From Bacillales bacterium (GTDB taxonomy: Bacteria; Bacillota_I; Bacilli_A; RFN20; CAG-826), in assembly GCA_028723545.1 (NCBI GenBank), contig JAQYER010000036.1, positions 1-62,020 on the forward strand: 62,020 bases of DNA, read 5' to 3'. A program made the position numbers and the translations under genes. The stretch's first letter is position 1; each line of letters opens with the position of its first letter. Below are positions 24,347-33,699 of the stretch, piece after piece. The notes beneath the pieces were generated by a model. That model saw only the letters and a program-made list of their open reading frames with translations, did not search any database and was not told where the DNA came from.

Positions 24347-26833
24347 TTATTTTTCTTTTTTCTTAAATGCAACTAATGCAACACCTGCTAATGCAAGTCC
24401 AGAAATAATTGCACTTGTTGCGATAATTGAACCTTTGCAACCTTTTTTGGCAGGTTCATCAGCTTCTTTTTTAGCAACTGTAACAACGATTGATGCTTTA
24501 ACACCATTTTCAGCTGTAACAAAAATTTGAGCAGAACCTTCACCAACAGCAATAACTAAACCAGTAGATGATACAGTTGCAATATTTTCATTTGATGAAG
24601 ACCAAGTAAATGTTGTTTCATCATGGTCTTCTGGGTTAGCAACAAATGATAATTGTAATTCATCACCAATAAATAATTCTTGGTCACCTTGTTCAATTGA
24701 TAAACGTGTTACTGGATTAGCAATTGGAGTTTCACTTAATAAATGAATTTCAACATTATCAATATACACAATGTCTCCAATTGCGACTGGTGTTAATAAC
24801 CAACGTAATGAGTTCCATTGAATCTTATCTGAAGTAATTTCAAATGAGAATTCAACTCTAGTAAATCCATTTTCTAATGCTTGTGTTTTAACTCCATAAT
24901 GAAGTTTTTCAGCACCAGAAGTCATTGATGGAATTCCAGCGCGGAAATCAAGGAGATAATATTCAACGTTTGCACCACCAACAAGTGATGAGTCAGCAAC
25001 AGTGTAGCTTTCTGCTGCAGCAGATAATGTAGTCTTAACATCGTATCTAAATCTAACTAAATCACCAATTGTTAAATCATCTGGTGTCATTAAGAACATT
25101 GATGAATATGCTTTTGTATCAGTTTCATCAAATTTTCCGATAGCGGCAACTTTGTTACCATCTTCAAGTTGAATGATTCTTCCTGGGTTATCAAAATTAT
25201 CAACTGATCCCCATGCACCTTCTAATTGAGTATTTGATAATTTTGTTCCAGCTTCGAAAGCTTCAAAATCACCATTTACAACAAGGTTTTTATCTTCATA
25301 ATAATCGAATTCTGGATCATAGGCTGATTCAGCGATTGTTTTTAAACATAATTCAGTAATTTTTAATGAAGATGTTCCTGCGTTATGGAATTCAACTGCA
25401 GTAGCTCCTAAAACAGAAGAAATTCTTTGAACATCGACTTTAGTTACATCAATTGTAACATCTTTAATTGATGCGCCATCTTTAATGAATTTTGCTACTA
25501 ATGAAGCGCCTTCATTAACATCAGAAGTTTTAACAGTTAATTCATAATCAGAATTAGATAAATCTTCAATTAAAACACCATAATAACCATTTGATTCAAT
25601 AGTAACTGAACCTAAAGCTAATTTAGCGTTATTACCATATAAACCAGTTGAATCTGGTTCTTCAGTTAAAGATCCGCCAGGTAATCTATCAGCAATTGAA
25701 GTAAAGTCTCCGCATGTAAATAAATTATTTCCGCCTTCTTCTTTAATACTGAAGTTATCAAAATAAATATCTCCAGCATCAGTATTAGCCCATAATCCGA
25801 CAGAATCGAATGCAGCAACAGAAGTATATGTTGCTGTGACATGTTTCCATCCTCTTAAGCCATCAGTAATTGTGGTGTTATAATATGCGACATCGGCTTC
25901 ATTGAAGATATTTCCATCATGTGACCATTTGCCATTATCATAGAAGTGGAAGCCAATGTTATTTGTGCCATTTGGAGCGAAATAATCAAATTCAAATGTA
26001 TATGTTTTTCCACCTTCAATTCCACTAAGTAAATTAAAGCAATCTGGGAATCCACCTTTGCCTTTGTTGAATCTTAGAGCAACATTTGTTGAATCAGTTG
26101 GATCAAGAGTAAAGGCTTGATTATATCCTCCCCAGTCTCCCCATCCTTCAACTACGTCAGCGCTGAAAGCTAATTCTGGAACATAAATATCTTCCATGTA
26201 ATTTGAGAAATCACCGTTGACAAAATGGTTAACACCATCGCCAGAATCGCAAGTGAAATTATCAAAATAAATTGCTCCTGAAGCAGTATTAGCCCATAAG
26301 CCAATTGAATCAAATACACCAACAGAAGTGTATTTAAAATCAACATGTTTCCATCCGCTTGATTTATCACTAATAGTTGTTTGATAATATGCGACATCAC
26401 TTTCTTTGAAAATGTTTCCTTCATGTGACCAAGCACCATTATCATATAAGTGGAAGCCAATGTTATCAGTTTTAGATGTTAAATAATAATCAAATCCTAA
26501 TGTGTATTCTGTTCCAGCAGTAATGTCTGAAATAAGACCAAAACAGTCAGGGAATCCACCTGCTTGATATTTTAATACGACGTTAGTTGAATTGGTTGGA
26601 TCTTTGACGAAATATTCATCAAAATCACTCCAGTCTCCCCAGCCACGTGGAGCTTCACCAGTGATTTTAACTTCGCTTACTCCTCCACCACCTAAAGAGA
26701 ATGTTGCGTTTGGAATAACATTATCACCATAAAGAATATTGCCTGCAGCGTTAACACCAATAGGTGAACGACCAAATGAGGCAATAGATATGAATGCAAA
26801 AGTTCCAATCGCTAATGGTAATACTTTTTTCAT
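24347..26833 (-). CDS. 828-aa surface protein: signal peptide, tandem CBM4/9/22-like modules, Big_2 domain, C-terminal TM anchor
   Basis: Two clearly duplicated ~150-aa modules (GWGDW..(F/Y)...F..DPT.STNV.L...GGFPDCF.L.S.I..G..YT..FDY......NIGFH.YDNG.WSH.GNIF.E.DVAYY.TTI.D...GWKHV). Further NGDFE-type modules follow. Big_2-like FTWSSSNENIATVSSTGLVIAVGEGSAQIFV, and the protein ends ..IISGLALAGVALVAFKKKEK. Confidence 0.7.
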   Translation of the reverse strand: MKKVLPLAIGTFAFISIASFGRSPIGVNAAGNILYGDNVIPNATFSLGGGGVSEVKITGEAPRGWGDWSDFDEYFVKDPTNSTNVVLKYQAGGFPDCFGLISDITAGTEYTLGFDYYLTSKTDNIGFHLYDNGAWSHEGNIFKESDVAYYQTTISDKSSGWKHVDFKYTSVGVFDSIGLWANTASGAIYFDNFTCDSGDGVNHFVNGDFSNYMEDIYVPELAFSADVVEGWGDWGGYNQAFTLDPTDSTNVALRFNKGKGGFPDCFNLLSGIEGGKTYTFEFDYFAPNGTNNIGFHFYDNGKWSHDGNIFNEADVAYYNTTITDGLRGWKHVTATYTSVAAFDSVGLWANTDAGDIYFDNFSIKEEGGNNLFTCGDFTSIADRLPGGSLTEEPDSTGLYGNNAKLALGSVTIESNGYYGVLIEDLSNSDYELTVKTSDVNEGASLVAKFIKDGASIKDVTIDVTKVDVQRISSVLGATAVEFHNAGTSSLKITELCLKTIAESAYDPEFDYYEDKNLVVNGDFEAFEAGTKLSNTQLEGAWGSVDNFDNPGRIIQLEDGNKVAAIGKFDETDTKAYSSMFLMTPDDLTIGDLVRFRYDVKTTLSAAAESYTVADSSLVGGANVEYYLLDFRAGIPSMTSGAEKLHYGVKTQALENGFTRVEFSFEITSDKIQWNSLRWLLTPVAIGDIVYIDNVEIHLLSETPIANPVTRLSIEQGDQELFIGDELQLSFVANPEDHDETTFTWSSSNENIATVSSTGLVIAVGEGSAQIFVTAENGVKASIVVTVAKKEADEPAKKGCKGSIIATSAIISGLALAGVALVAFKKKEK

Positions 26834-26853
26834 AGTTTCCTCCTTTTAAAGTA

Positions 26854-27906
26854 TTATTTATTTTTAAGAGGCAATCTTTCTTTGACAGATAAGATATTCT
26901 CTTTAATACCAAATGGTTGTTTCATATACCAATACGCTGTTGAAGAATAATCATCAGTGCGATGATTATTATGTCCATGTTCAATCGTTACTTTAATGGA
27001 TTTTTTAAAAGTAATTGGATCTAATATGTGATATCGGTAATATGTAATTTTTCCTTTCCAGTTATCTTTTCCTGGAATAATTATTCCGTGATATGGAGCG
27101 TTATATTCTTGGTTAGGACACCATGCGCAATTAATATAATCTTCAGTGCCAGTACCATTAATTGTTGGTAATTTATCACCATCAATAAAAATCATATCGT
27201 CGCCTTCTCCAGGCCAATCCCAATCAGAAGTATCTAATTGGTTATCGATATTTAAATTGCATCCGCAATAATGGCCTTCGCCTTCAATATCTAAGATGAC
27301 ATAATTGTCTTTTCCATCGAGATTCTGGCCTGAAAATTCATAGTCGCGGAAATTATCAAATTCGCTTCTATCTTTTCCTTTAGGTGGATTTTCTCGATGC
27401 CATAAAGCATGGAAATAAGTAATATCTTCATCGAATGTTTTTAATTCATAATCGATGTAATAATAAAGCATTAATGTCGTATCGCATTCATTGATGATTT
27501 CAATTTTGGCGTGCTCTTTAAAAGGCATTGGCCACCAACAATTTAGTCCTCTTCCATCTTGTGGAGACATTTGTAATGGAGCGGAAACAAAATTGTGTGA
27601 TATTCCATGTCCCATTCCAAAGAAATCCCCTAATGGAGCGATTACACTTGGATAAGAATTGTTTTCCCAATACATTTTAATGACAATTTTACGGAAAGCA
27701 TTTTCTTCAATAATGTCTCCAAAATTCATTTGAGTCATCCAAATGTGTTCAATTAATCCTGAACCTTGGATATCAAAAATAACACGTGATTCACCTGGTT
27801 TAATATAAATGCGGTCATCATTTCCACCGCTTCTATCCCATGATGATTCTCTTCTTCTAATGCCTTTTTTTGGTAAATAAATTGTTGATAAGTCGTGTCC
27901 AATCAT
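26854..27906 (-). CDS. DUF2961 / GH172 family glycoside hydrolase, cytoplasmic
   Basis: RRESSWDRSGGNDDRIYIKPGESRVIFDIQGSGLIEHIWMT near the N-terminus and DDYSSTAYWY near the C-terminus are hallmark DUF2961 segments. No signal peptide. Confidence 0.75.
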   Translation of the reverse strand: MIGHDLSTIYLPKKGIRRRESSWDRSGGNDDRIYIKPGESRVIFDIQGSGLIEHIWMTQMNFGDIIEENAFRKIVIKMYWENNSYPSVIAPLGDFFGMGHGISHNFVSAPLQMSPQDGRGLNCWWPMPFKEHAKIEIINECDTTLMLYYYIDYELKTFDEDITYFHALWHRENPPKGKDRSEFDNFRDYEFSGQNLDGKDNYVILDIEGEGHYCGCNLNIDNQLDTSDWDWPGEGDDMIFIDGDKLPTINGTGTEDYINCAWCPNQEYNAPYHGIIIPGKDNWKGKITYYRYHILDPITFKKSIKVTIEHGHNNHRTDDYSSTAYWYMKQPFGIKENILSVKERLPLKNK

Positions 27907-27907
27907 A

Positions 27908-28795
27908 TTATTTTACTCCTGTTAACGCGATACCATCTTTTATATATCTTTGAACGATGCAGAAAATAATAACAGCAGGAATTAAAGCGATGAAAGACGC
28001 CGCTAAAACTGAGCCATATCCTTGTGTTGATGCATCGTTAAATAATTTATTAATTGTTGTCATTATTTGTGCTAAATATGCATGATCACTATCAATTGTT
28101 AATGTTGGCCATAAATATGAATTGAAATAGCCAATAAATGTTCCCGCTCCCATAATTACCATCGGAGTCGCACTACTAGGAAGATAAATACGGAAGAAAA
28201 TTGAAAACGAATTACATCCATCAACTCTTGCTGATTCATCATAATCTTTTGGGAATCCTAAATAAAATTGTCTAAAGAAGAAAATATTATATGCACTTGC
28301 GACACCTGGAATAATTAATACCCAAATTGTATTCATCATTCCTAAAGCAGAAACAACTGAAATCGATGTTAATAAAATCGTAATTCCTGGAATAAACATC
28401 GTCATTAATGTAATAATCCAAAATAGTTTTTTAGCTGGGAAATTTAATCTTGCAAAAGCATATCCTGCTAAAGAATTAACAAATAACGACATAATCGTTG
28501 AAATTGACGCGACAAGAAGAGTCATAAACAATGATTGGAAGAAATTAATTCCAATTGATGTATATTGTAAATAAGCAATTCTTGTAAAGTTATCTATAGT
28601 AGGATTTATTGGGAAAAGATGAAATTCAGTTGGGAATATTTCTTGTTTATTTTTAAACATACAGATAATTGTTAAAAACAAAGGAAGGAATAAACAAAAT
28701 AACACGACTGCAATAACGATATAACACATCACTAAAACAATTTTATTAGTGATTTCGCTTTTTCTAGATAATTTAGTTAAATCTTTTTTATCCAT
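27908..28795 (-). CDS. carbohydrate ABC permease (MalG-class)
   Basis: Six TM helices and EAA loop ESARVDGCNSFSIFFRIYLP. Confidence 0.85.
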   Translation of the reverse strand: MDKKDLTKLSRKSEITNKIVLVMCYIVIAVVLFCLFLPLFLTIICMFKNKQEIFPTEFHLFPINPTIDNFTRIAYLQYTSIGINFFQSLFMTLLVASISTIMSLFVNSLAGYAFARLNFPAKKLFWIITLMTMFIPGITILLTSISVVSALGMMNTIWVLIIPGVASAYNIFFFRQFYLGFPKDYDESARVDGCNSFSIFFRIYLPSSATPMVIMGAGTFIGYFNSYLWPTLTIDSDHAYLAQIMTTINKLFNDASTQGYGSVLAASFIALIPAVIIFCIVQRYIKDGIALTGVK

Positions 28796-29735
28796 GTTTT
28801 TTTACCCTCCTTTCATCTTTGTCTTTGCGATTTGTTAATGAGAAAACAATCGCATTAATTGCTCCAACAGAAAGCATAATTAAAATTGAAGCAGCAATAA
28901 TTTGACTTTCAGAAACATTACCATTGCTACGAAGATGGACCAAATACAATACTGGAGTCATCGTCATATTTAAAGGAAGACCATTAGTCATCATCATTGG
29001 GATTTCAAACATTTGTAAATTTCCAGTTACTAAAGTGACAATAATTAAGACAAAATAGTTTTTTAAACTAGGAAGGATAATTGAAAATAATTTTGTGAAA
29101 TAACCCGCTCCATCAACACTCGCAGCTTCTAAATAATCATTTGGTATATTAATTAATCCGCTATAGAACACTAATGTTGTATATCCCATTCCAACCCATA
29201 ATGTCGGAACAATAATACTAAGATATGCCCAAAATTTATCCATTTGGAACGATATTGGTTCACCATCAAATAAAGTAATTAACCCATTGATAAATCCACC
29301 ATTATAAGTCGTTAATAAGGTGAAAATACATCCAACAACAATTCCAGAAAACAAATAAGGTAAATAAATAATTACTCGAACAAAAACAGTAAATTTATTT
29401 CTAACTTTTACTAAAATTGAAGCAAAGATAAATGAACCAATAACTTGAAATGAGACGATGCATAACGCCATCAAAAGAACATTTCCAAGTGATTTAAGGA
29501 ATATTTCATTTTTTAATATTGCTTTATAATTTTCAAATCCAACAAAATATGAATCAACTGGCCCACTTTCGTAATAATAAAATGATCGCCAAATTGCCAT
29601 AACTAAAGGAACTAAAACAAAGATAGTAAGAAGAATGAAGGCTGGAGCAATACAAATTAATCCAGACACTTTTTCTTCAGTTGTCTTGTTTTTAGGCAAT
29701 ATTGAAAATTGTTTTTTCTTCTTTGCTTGTTCCAT
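28788..29735 (-). CDS. carbohydrate ABC permease (MalF/UgpA-class)
   Basis: Six TM helices and EAA loop EAASVDGAGYFTKLFSIILP. Confidence 0.85.
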   Translation of the reverse strand: MEQAKKKKQFSILPKNKTTEEKVSGLICIAPAFILLTIFVLVPLVMAIWRSFYYYESGPVDSYFVGFENYKAILKNEIFLKSLGNVLLMALCIVSFQVIGSFIFASILVKVRNKFTVFVRVIIYLPYLFSGIVVGCIFTLLTTYNGGFINGLITLFDGEPISFQMDKFWAYLSIIVPTLWVGMGYTTLVFYSGLINIPNDYLEAASVDGAGYFTKLFSIILPSLKNYFVLIIVTLVTGNLQMFEIPMMMTNGLPLNMTMTPVLYLVHLRSNGNVSESQIIAASILIMLSVGAINAIVFSLTNRKDKDERRVKKHG

Positions 29736-29737
29736 TT

Positions 29738-31096
29738 TTATGATCGAGGATTTGTTCCTGCTATATTCCTTGATGTAATGATATTTTTAATTGCTGTATC
29801 GCATTTATTAACAGCAGATGGAATATCATTTCCCATTGCAGCTTCTTCTAATAATCCTTCAACAGCGACGGAAATATCCCATTCATAAATTGGTTCAAGA
29901 ATAGCTCTTGTGGCAACATAATTAATTGTTTCAATCCATGAAGTTGGAACAACATCTTGTGTTTTATAAGATTCGTCTAAAATAGCTTGAATTGATTTTC
30001 TTGTTGGGAATTTTGAATAATGAGCTTTTTGGAAATAAGAAGTTGGTACTTCTTCATTTTCCATAACTAAATATTTTAAAACTTCAACCGCTTTTTCAAC
30101 GTTTTTGCATTCGCTTGAAATAACATAACACCATCCACCATTAGTGGCAGTAACACAATCTTGTTCTCCACTGACTGTTGGCATAACAGCAAAACCAATC
30201 TTATCTACTAAATCAGGATATGTATTAATAATTGAAGCAGCTGACCAGCTACCACAAGTTGTCATAACTGATTTACCATCACATAAATCAAAGGAGGATT
30301 CAGTATAATTGCCAGCTGATAATGGTACATATCCATTACCATATAAATCTCTAAATACTTCTGCTAATTTAGTGTATCCTGGTTCAGCAATACGAGAAGT
30401 TGACCAATCATCAGTAATCGCTAATCCACCTGTCGCAGCGTGTTGCATTCCCCATGATCCCCACGCAAGTGCGACACCAGTAGGTACTCCAAATGGATAA
30501 ACATTTTTCTTTCCGGCTGAACGAAGTCCAGCTTTGACATCTCCACATAATGATAATAATCCATCCCATGTTGTTGGAATTTCATAATTAGGAGCGTATT
30601 GTTCTAATAAATCTTTACGATATGCAAGTAAAGTTGATGGCTCCATAACAATTGGAGCGGCATAATATTTGTTTCCATATTTAACTGCTTCTGTCGCAGT
30701 ATCGGTTAAATCACTCCATGTTTCATTAGAAAAATATGATGTGATATCAATTGCTCTACCAGTATTGATTTCTTTATATAAATTTCCATATGAAACCATA
30801 TAAATATCAGGAACATTATTTGATGCATATGCCGAACGAATTAAGTCATCAAATGCGTTTGTGTCAATATAAGTTTGTTTTAATTGAATACCATCATTTA
30901 AATTTGAGTTGAAAGATTTTCTTTGAGAAATATTAATTTGGTTTTCCCATTCTTCAAAATCCATGAGCCACATACTAATTTCTGTCGCTCCATCTTCAAA
31001 TTTTTCTTCTTCACCAATAATAATGTCTGATGGAGGAGTGCATGATGTTAATGCAAATAAAGTTGTTAAAGTTAATAAAGGTATAATTTTCTTCAT
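29738..31096 (-). CDS. ABC extracellular sugar-binding lipoprotein (family-1 SBP)
   Basis: 452 aa, lipobox LTSC, immediately upstream of the permease pair. Confidence 0.85.
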   Translation of the reverse strand: MKKIIPLLTLTTLFALTSCTPPSDIIIGEEEKFEDGATEISMWLMDFEEWENQINISQRKSFNSNLNDGIQLKQTYIDTNAFDDLIRSAYASNNVPDIYMVSYGNLYKEINTGRAIDITSYFSNETWSDLTDTATEAVKYGNKYYAAPIVMEPSTLLAYRKDLLEQYAPNYEIPTTWDGLLSLCGDVKAGLRSAGKKNVYPFGVPTGVALAWGSWGMQHAATGGLAITDDWSTSRIAEPGYTKLAEVFRDLYGNGYVPLSAGNYTESSFDLCDGKSVMTTCGSWSAASIINTYPDLVDKIGFAVMPTVSGEQDCVTATNGGWCYVISSECKNVEKAVEVLKYLVMENEEVPTSYFQKAHYSKFPTRKSIQAILDESYKTQDVVPTSWIETINYVATRAILEPIYEWDISVAVEGLLEEAAMGNDIPSAVNKCDTAIKNIITSRNIAGTNPRS

Positions 31097-31173
31097 TTAA
31101 CGAAACCTCCTTGTTTATGATTTCATTTTATCTAAGGAAAGAGTTGTAATATATACATTTTTAATGTGTTTTA

Positions 31174-31190
31174 ATAACAAAAATTTGGTA
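31174..31190. promoter_or_regulatory. ATAACAAAAATTTGGTA motif upstream of the locus B SBP gene (candidate AraC-regulator site)
   Basis: The same motif, with one extra T and in inverse orientation, occurs at 33612-33629 upstream of the ATPase-AraC genes. A related perfect palindrome AATAACAAATTTGTTATT is at 31243-31260. Confidence 0.35.
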
Positions 31191-31203
31191 TTAGCAAAAC
31201 TCT

Positions 31204-31230
31204 AAAAAAATATACTACTAAAGTAGTATA
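31204..31230 (-). terminator. rho-independent terminator after the AraC regulator gene
   Basis: On the minus strand, stem tatactac/gtagtata with loop ttta (31211-31230), followed by TTTTTTT (complement of 31204-31210). Confidence 0.55.
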
Positions 31231-31277
31231 CATTTTGAATTTAATAACAAATTTGTTATTTTTTTGTCAAATATTGC

Positions 31278-32126
31278 TTATTTTTTGTATTGAGTTGGGT
31301 ATTTTCCGGTCATTTTTTTAAACCAACGAGAAAATGTTTGTGGATCATTAAACGACAAAAGTGCAGAAATTTCCTTAACTGACTTAAATGAATGAGTAAT
31401 TAAATTCTTCGCATAACGAATTCTTAATGAATCATAATATTTCTTTGGAGTGGTATTATAAGCCTTCTTAAAAATTTCATTTAATGACCAGCTAGATAAA
31501 TTCGCTTTCATCATGAAATCTTCCATCGATAAATTATTTTGAACATTTTCACCCATATATGTTGTTAATAATGACAAAGTATCTTTTTGTTCATTATCTT
31601 CATAATATCCAACGCTTTCTGCAACAATTAAGCCGATTAAATATTTTAATAATCCTTCCATTTCCAATTCTCTTGTTGGGCTTTTTAAAGAATAGACATT
31701 AATTAAATCAAGAAGTGTATTTCGGATAACACTAGGCGTTTTACAATGAATGACATAAGGCATATTAATTTTATTTTGTTCCCAATAATTTGGTCTAAAA
31801 TATTCTTCATTTAATTGTTCTTTTCGATGCATTGAAACTGGAATGATTGAACTAAATTCATCTTTGTCAAAATCAAAATGAACATGAGGTTGACAACAAT
31901 TTTCTTCATACCATGTAATTTTATGATAAACATTAGGTGGAATAATTGCGACATCACCTTCTTTTAAAATGTAAGTTTTCCCGTCAATAAAAAGAGATAA
32001 TTTACCTTTATCAATATAAATAATTTCGTTATCATAAATACTTCGATCAGCGACATAATCATAAAGCCAAGTGTGATACATCGCTAAACGGATATAAGGA
32101 TGAAATGGTTTTAATTTAACATTCAT
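31278..32126 (-). CDS. AraC-family transcriptional regulator (cupin sensor plus dual HTH)
   Basis: 282 aa with an N-terminal cupin-like fold (GDVAIIPPNVYH) and C-terminal AraC HTH signatures (..FSRWFKKMTGKYPTQY). Confidence 0.85.
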   Translation of the reverse strand: MNVKLKPFHPYIRLAMYHTWLYDYVADRSIYDNEIIYIDKGKLSLFIDGKTYILKEGDVAIIPPNVYHKITWYEENCCQPHVHFDFDKDEFSSIIPVSMHRKEQLNEEYFRPNYWEQNKINMPYVIHCKTPSVIRNTLLDLINVYSLKSPTRELEMEGLLKYLIGLIVAESVGYYEDNEQKDTLSLLTTYMGENVQNNLSMEDFMMKANLSSWSLNEIFKKAYNTTPKKYYDSLRIRYAKNLITHSFKSVKEISALLSFNDPQTFSRWFKKMTGKYPTQYKK

Positions 32127-32128
32127 AA

Positions 32129-33430
32129 TTAAATAATTGTAATACTAGTTTTTTCATCAAATAAATGGATTTTGCTTTCACTTATTTCAAAATACATTAT
32201 TTGTCCTTCATCAATTAATTGTTCACTGCTAACTTTTGAAAGAACATCATTTCCACCATAATTGAAATGAACATAAAATTCATCACCTAATAATTCAGAT
32301 AATGTTACTTCAATTTTGATCGCTTTTTTATTTGATTTAGTTGTTTGAATAATATGCTCAGGACGAATTCCAAATGTAATAGGATGTTTTTTATTTATGC
32401 ATATATCTTCATAATATTGAATTAATTGCTTTTTATATTCGACTTCTTTGTCGGTTGATTCATCATAAGGAACGGCTTTTTTATTTTTTTCATTGAGGAA
32501 ATTGTATTCTTGTTTTCTTTTATCAATGAATTGTTCTAATCCTAATTTTTCTTTATTGTATTGATTTTGATAAAATTCATCGTGTTTCTTAATTAATTCA
32601 TTTGATAACTTAATATGTTCTCCATTAATAAATTCAATACGTCCATTATCATAATTTCCCGCGATGAAATTCATTGCTGGAGAGCCGATGAATGATGCGA
32701 CAAATTTATTAGCAGGATGACGATATATTTCAATTGGAGTATCAATTTGTTGAGTAATACCATCTTTCATAACAACAATGCGGTCCGCCATAGTCATAGC
32801 TTCAACTTGGTCATGAGTAACATAAATCGTTGTCGCGTTAATTTTATGATGAAGTCTAGTAATTTCGCTTCTCATTTGAACACGTAATTTTGCATCCAAA
32901 TTTGACAACGGTTCATCCATTAAAAATAATCTTGCATCACGGACAATTGCTCTACCTAATGCGACACGTTGACGTTGCCCGCCTGATAAAGCTTTAGGTT
33001 TACGATTTAATAAATCAGAAATCTCTAATATTTCCGCGGCTTTCTTGACTCTTTCAGCAATTTCTTTTTTATCAAAATGTCTGACTTTTAATCCAAAGCC
33101 AATGTTTTCAGCAACAGTCATATTAGGATAAAGCGCATAACTTTGGAATACCATCGCAATATCGCGGTCTTTTGGAGATAATTTATTTGAATACACTCCA
33201 TCGATATATAAGTCACCACTTGATATTTCTTCAAGTCCCGCGATCATTCTTAAGGTTGTTGATTTGCCACATCCAGATGGTCCAACAAAAACAATGAATT
33301 CATGCTTCTTAATATCGAGATTAAAATCGGTGACAGCATGCACTGTTTTGTTATAGAACTTGTTAACGTGTTTTAAGCTAACAAATTGTTCATCATTATT
33401 AGTTACTTCTTTTTCGATTGTTTCATTCAT
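32129..33430 (-). CDS. MsmK/MalK-type sugar ABC ATPase (locus B)
   Basis: Walker [18 protein letters not shown], Walker B FLMDEPLS. Start taken at ATG 33428-33430 (MNETIEKE...); the 24-codon hydrophobic extension in the ORF track is rejected. Confidence 0.9.
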   Translation of the reverse strand: MNETIEKEVTNNDEQFVSLKHVNKFYNKTVHAVTDFNLDIKKHEFIVFVGPSGCGKSTTLRMIAGLEEISSGDLYIDGVYSNKLSPKDRDIAMVFQSYALYPNMTVAENIGFGLKVRHFDKKEIAERVKKAAEILEISDLLNRKPKALSGGQRQRVALGRAIVRDARLFLMDEPLSNLDAKLRVQMRSEITRLHHKINATTIYVTHDQVEAMTMADRIVVMKDGITQQIDTPIEIYRHPANKFVASFIGSPAMNFIAGNYDNGRIEFINGEHIKLSNELIKKHDEFYQNQYNKEKLGLEQFIDKRKQEYNFLNEKNKKAVPYDESTDKEVEYKKQLIQYYEDICINKKHPITFGIRPEHIIQTTKSNKKAIKIEVTLSELLGDEFYVHFNYGGNDVLSKVSSEQLIDEGQIMYFEISESKIHLFDEKTSITII

Positions 33431-33611
33431 ACGCTTTTCCGCCTTTATATAATTATTGTAAAACACAATTTTTATCATTTGAGAAACATAAAAATTATAC
33501 ATAAATATTTTATGTAATATTTTTTTGTTCTTTTTTTAAATATATAAATATATTTATCTGATTTATAAATATAAGAGAAAAATTAATAAAAAAATATTGA
33601 AATAACAAGTC

Positions 33612-33629
33612 TACCAAAATTTTTGTTAT
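33612..33629. promoter_or_regulatory. TACCAAAATTTTTGTTAT motif (inverse copy of the 31174-31190 motif)
   Basis: Read directly in the sequence, ~180 nt upstream of the locus B ATPase start. Confidence 0.3.
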
Positions 33630-33699
33630 CAAATCTATTTATTTGTTTTATTTATAAAAATGTTAATTAATGACTATTTATTAATATTGAATTTTTAAA

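Noticed and set aside
25855-26460. Same-strand off-frame ORFs 25855-26055 and 26170-26460, and similar ones at 19237-19452, 19585-19785, 35558-35863 and 38082-38330
   Set aside because: They are alternative frames within repeat-containing surface-protein genes. Their paired occurrence simply mirrors the internal duplication of the main frame.
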